DNA of 64,000 nucleotides from an uncultured Spirochaetota bacterium. GTDB taxonomy: Bacteria; Spirochaetota; UBA4802; UBA5550. Positions 60,148-64,000 of this stretch are shown here, piece by piece. The translations under genes were made by a program, and so were the position numbers. Each line of letters opens with the position of its first letter. Position 1 is the first letter of the stretch. The notes beneath the pieces were generated by a model that saw nothing but the letters and a program-made list of their open reading frames with translations, had not been told where the DNA came from and ran no database searches. The DNA lies in contig CAWHAA010000008.1 of NCBI GenBank assembly GCA_963827275.1, positions 224,001 through 288,000 of the forward strand, given 5' to 3'.

Positions 60148-61683
60148 GTGTTTGACATGAAGGGATATCGTGCGTTTCTCGTTTTCAGTGCCGGCGTCAT
60201 CGCGGTGCTGCCGCTCCTCATCTTTTTTTCCTGCTCATCGGCGGGCTCCTCGTCGAAATCGAGGGGGTACCAGTACTCTGAATACAGTCCCACCATATCG
60301 GCCGACGGGAAGACGATGATATACCAGGCGGACATCGACAAGCCGAAAAAATACCAGATATACGCGAAGCAAAAGGTCTTTGACAAGTGGAGCAAGCCGG
60401 TGTCGCTGGATGCAATCAACTCGCGGTACAATGACGGCGGGTGCTTCATCACCTACGACCAGAACTCCCTGATCTTCACCTCGGACAGGCCGGGCGGCCT
60501 GGGGAACTGCGACCTGTGGGTCTCGCAGCGGAAGGGCGACAGGTGGTCGGAGCCGGTGAACATGGGGGCGCCGATCAATTCTGCCGGGTATGACGGGTTT
60601 GCCTCGCTCGCCCCGGACGGAAACACGATCTACTTTGTCAGGGAGTGCCCTGAAAAGAAAGGCTGCAAGGAACGCCTCGGGATCTTTTACTCCGAGAAGG
60701 TGGACGATGTATGGACCACGCCGAAAAAGATGCCGGCCCCCATCAATACCGACTACTGCGAATTCGGTCCGGTGATCCTCGCGGACAACCTGTCGCTCAT
60801 ATTCAGCTCCACGCGCCCGGGCGGGAGCGGCGGCTACGACCTGTACAAGGTGGAGCGGACCGAATCGGGCGGCTGGGGCAGGCCGACAAACCTGGGCGGC
60901 TTCATCAACACGAAGGGGGAGGACAGCCTCATCGCCATCCCCGCCTCGGGTGAAATCATGTACTACACGAAATCAAGGAGCGGGCAGGAGGACGAGAAGC
61001 GGGAGGGTGTCCGGAGGATCTTTTCCGTTCCCATCCCCGAGAACCTCCAGCAGACGAAGGTGGTCATCGTCAAGGGCACGGTGCGCGACAAGCGGAGAAC
61101 CGAAAAGACCCTCTTTGCCGAGATCGCCATCACCGATATCAATTCGGACGCCAGGCCGAAGATCATCTACAGCAACCGCGACGACGGAAAGTATATCGTC
61201 ATCCTCAACAAGGGGAAAATCTGCGACTTTTCGGTCAGGAGCGCCGGGTATCTTTTTTATTCGAGGAAAATCGACCTGACCGACGTCCGGCAGTACAGGG
61301 AAATCAACGAGGACATCCTTCTCGAGCCTATCGTGGTGGGCGCCAATATCGTCCTGAATACCATGTATTTCGAATTCAGAAAATACAAGCTCCTAAAAGA
61401 GTCAAAATACGAGCTGAAGCGGATCATAAAGCTGCTGAAGGAAAACCCCACCATGAGGGTGGAGATCAGCGGGCACACCGACAACATCGGTTCAGACAGG
61501 GCGAACCAGAAGCTGTCCATGCAGCGGGCGGAGGCGGTAGTGGAGCACCTGGTGGATAACGGCATTGCGAAGAACCGGCTCGAGGCGAAGGGATACGGCA
61601 AGCAGCGGCCGATCGCGACCAACAAGAGCGAGGAAGGGCGCCAGGAAAACAGGCGGGTCGAGATCGAGGTGCTCTCCATCTGA
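60148..61683 (+). CDS. OmpA-family lipoprotein with PD40 beta-propeller repeats
   Basis: IFFSC lipobox; PTISADG, FTSDRPGGLG..DLW, FSSTRPGG.GGYDLY; EISGHTDNIG..NQKLS..RA..NRRVE. Confidence 0.9.
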   Translation: MFDMKGYRAFLVFSAGVIAVLPLLIFFSCSSAGSSSKSRGYQYSEYSPTISADGKTMIYQADIDKPKKYQIYAKQKVFDKWSKPVSLDAINSRYNDGGCFITYDQNSLIFTSDRPGGLGNCDLWVSQRKGDRWSEPVNMGAPINSAGYDGFASLAPDGNTIYFVRECPEKKGCKERLGIFYSEKVDDVWTTPKKMPAPINTDYCEFGPVILADNLSLIFSSTRPGGSGGYDLYKVERTESGGWGRPTNLGGFINTKGEDSLIAIPASGEIMYYTKSRSGQEDEKREGVRRIFSVPIPENLQQTKVVIVKGTVRDKRRTEKTLFAEIAITDINSDARPKIIYSNRDDGKYIVILNKGKICDFSVRSAGYLFYSRKIDLTDVRQYREINEDILLEPIVVGANIVLNTMYFEFRKYKLLKESKYELKRIIKLLKENPTMRVEISGHTDNIGSDRANQKLSMQRAEAVVEHLVDNGIAKNRLEAKGYGKQRPIATNKSEEGRQENRRVEIEVLSI

Positions 61684-61766
61684 CCCGGGTGCGTACCATT
61701 TTTGCCGAATGGAAAAAAATAGTATGCCGGGCGGAAGGCCCGGCAGGGGCGATGAGAACCTGACAA

Positions 61767-63455
61767 GTGAAAGATAAAAAAAACAGCGTAATCGGGGATC
61801 AGGACCTGTTCCGGCTTCTCACGGAAAATTCTTCCGATACCCTCTGGACGATATCCCTCGACGGGATCCTACAATACATAAGCCCTTCCTTTACGGAGAT
61901 GACCGGCTATACCCAGGAAGAGGCGATCGGCTCGCCGTATTCGAAATTTATCGTGCCCGAGTACCTTCCCTATATCCATGAACTGCTGGCCGGCGAGCTG
62001 GCCAAATCCCGGGAGGAACAGTCCGGCGTAAAGGTGCTCGAGCTCCAGGAGCTGGCCAAGGACGGGTCGGTCATAGATGTTGAGCTCACCGCAAAATGGG
62101 TCTATGACAGATCGGGGAACCCTGTCGGGGTGCAGGGGAGTACCCGCGATATCCGCAAGAGGAAGCAGGCGCTGCAGGAACTCGAGGAGAGCGAGGACCG
62201 GTACCGCGCGCTGGCCGAGCGCTCGCTTGACCTGCTGTTTATCCACGACTTCAAGGGCAACTTTATCGACGCCAACAGCGCCGCCCTGAAAACGCTGGGC
62301 TACAAGCGGGAGGACATCACAAGCATTAATTTTGTCACCCTGCTGACGGAGCGCCAGATCCCCAAGGCCTTTGAGGTCATCAACGAGGTGCTGGAAAAGG
62401 GCACGCAGAGCGAGCTGTCCGAGTTTGAAGTGCAGACGAAGGACGGCAGGCGCATCTTCCTCGAGACGCAGTCGTTCCTGATCTACAAGAACCGCAAGCC
62501 ATTCGCCGTGCAGGGGGTGGGCAGGGAGATCACGGAGCGTAAAAAAGAGATCGAGGAGCAGCGCTGGAACCAGGAGAAGCTCGAGATGCTGGTGCAGCAG
62601 CGCACCGCGGAGCTCAAGGACATAAACAAGAAGATGATCCAGGAGATCATCGTCAGGAAGCAGGTCGAGAACGAGCTGCGGATCAGCGAAAACAATCTCA
62701 GGAACCAGAACGAAATAATGCTGAGGGAGCTTGAAAGCGCCCGGCTCATACAGAAGGCCCTCATGCCGAAGGAGGTCCCGGCGTTCCCCCGGCTGTCGAT
62801 CGATTACCGCTACCAGCCGCTCGAGGCCGTCGGAGGGGACTACTTTTCCTTCACCCCTCTTGAAGAGGGCGGCCTCGGGATATTCCTCGGCGATGTGACC
62901 GGCCACGGCGTCCCCGCGGCGCTGTTCCTGTCGCTGGTGCGGTCGATTTCCAACAAGGCGTGCCGCAGGTACGGCATGACGCCGGGCAAGTATATCGAGA
63001 CGATAAACAACGAGGTGTTCAGGGGGATGCCGTCATACTACCTGACCGCCATGTACGGGGTCTTCAAGCCGGGGGCGGATGACACGCTGACCTTTACCTT
63101 CGCGCGGGGCGGGCACCCCTATCCGATCCTGTGCTGCCGCGAAACGGACCGGGTGGAATTCATCAAGTCGTCGGGGAACCTCCTCGGCTGGCAGGAAAAC
63201 AGGGTGTTCTCGGAGACCACCGTTACCCTGAAGCGGGGGGACAGGCTCTTTCTGTATACGGACGGCATCCCGGATACCGTCAATCCCAGGAGCGAAATGC
63301 TCGATTCGCAGGCGGAATATTTTGACCTGTACCGCGACCCGGAGGGCCGCACGCTTCCCGAAAAGCTCGACGCCATCATGGACGACATTACCCGGTTCCG
63401 TGACGGCACTCCCCTCGTGGACGACATCGTCCTCATCGGGATCGAGATAACGTAA
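61767..63455 (+). CDS. PAS-PAS-SpoIIE (PP2C-type) phosphatase
   Basis: Two PAS/PAC repeats; VGGDYF, GDVTGHG, LYTDGI, DDIVL. Confidence 0.92.
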   Translation: MKDKKNSVIGDQDLFRLLTENSSDTLWTISLDGILQYISPSFTEMTGYTQEEAIGSPYSKFIVPEYLPYIHELLAGELAKSREEQSGVKVLELQELAKDGSVIDVELTAKWVYDRSGNPVGVQGSTRDIRKRKQALQELEESEDRYRALAERSLDLLFIHDFKGNFIDANSAALKTLGYKREDITSINFVTLLTERQIPKAFEVINEVLEKGTQSELSEFEVQTKDGRRIFLETQSFLIYKNRKPFAVQGVGREITERKKEIEEQRWNQEKLEMLVQQRTAELKDINKKMIQEIIVRKQVENELRISENNLRNQNEIMLRELESARLIQKALMPKEVPAFPRLSIDYRYQPLEAVGGDYFSFTPLEEGGLGIFLGDVTGHGVPAALFLSLVRSISNKACRRYGMTPGKYIETINNEVFRGMPSYYLTAMYGVFKPGADDTLTFTFARGGHPYPILCCRETDRVEFIKSSGNLLGWQENRVFSETTVTLKRGDRLFLYTDGIPDTVNPRSEMLDSQAEYFDLYRDPEGRTLPEKLDAIMDDITRFRDGTPLVDDIVLIGIEIT

Positions 63456-63567
63456 CTGGTGACCCTCCAGACCATATTTTTAAAAGCCGGTGTATCATAT
63501 TGCGTATGTAAGGCAGACGGGCGATGGACCCCCCGCGAAAAAATTATGACCCGGTTTTAGTTCCGGG

Positions 63568-64000
63568 CTATCGCCGGGAAAATATCTTCTTCACGAATTC
63601 CAGCACCCTGGCCTTCACCTCATCGGACCCGCCGTCGCGTATGATCCCGTGATGCCTGGCGTATATGCGGATGAGCTGTTTCTGCTCCGTTCCGATGCGC
63701 CCGAATATCTCCAGCCCGCTCACCGGGTCGACGACCGGGTCGTCCGAGCCCTGGATAATCAGGGCGGGATCGGCCACGAACCCGAGGCGTTCCTCGACCA
63801 CCTTCATGAGCTTTCCCAGCTCGTTCACGCCGGAGACCGGGTTTCTGAAGTAATTGATATGCTGGTTTTCAGGCACATTGCTCACGAATTCCATTTTTCC
63901 CTTTTTCATGCGGATGGAGGAGAGGAACCTGTTCCACATGACGACCGCCGATGAAAGGCGCGACGTGATGTTCTGGAGCCTGAGGGGCGCGTTGATGGAA
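63568..64000 (-). CDS. Alpha/beta hydrolase, C-terminal part (5' end outside window)
   Basis: SINAPL..PALIIQGSDDPVVDP..RHHGII. Confidence 0.75.
   Translation of the reverse strand, partial: SINAPLRLQNITSRLSSAVVMWNRFLSSIRMKKGKMEFVSNVPENQHINYFRNPVSGVNELGKLMKVVEERLGFVADPALIIQGSDDPVVDPVSGLEIFGRIGTEQKQLIRIYARHHGIIRDGGSDEVKARVLEFVKKIFSRR

Overview
GC-rich bacterial chromosomal window, most likely from a Spirochaetota genome related to Leptospirales. This is inferred from the gene order rpsP-khpA-rimM-trmD-rplS-rnhB-(FliK-like)-(FlhB-C-like)-HD-GYP-yraN, from PASTA-rpe, and from spirochaete-style lipoproteins. It holds about 50 genes: lipid/acyl-CoA metabolism (thiolase, FabK/NMO-like, three SDRs, esterase, acyl-CoA ligase, OYE, acs), one intact low-GC IS30 element with IRs and a 3-bp target duplication, surface lipoproteins, envelope/transport genes and signalling proteins. 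No rRNA, tRNA or CRISPR array was seen. Six single-base insertions break five genes, including the normally essential trmD, so these are probably sequencing errors. The best candidates for undescribed systems are: (1) an operon of an SbcD/Mre11-like protein and a membrane-anchored SbcC/YhaN-like ATPase, both with degenerate catalytic motifs, plus a TPR protein; (2) a PrsW protease-PilZ-like-cNMP fusion; (3) a SAM-methyltransferase/ATP-grasp (Ddl-like) fusion coupled to an MFS transporter; (4) a DsrE / Cys-tailed ECF sigma / ferritin-like locus with no anti-sigma; (5) an exact 15-bp palindromic direct repeat bracketing a 3.2-kb three-gene segment. All protein calls come from motif recognition by eye; no database searches were run.
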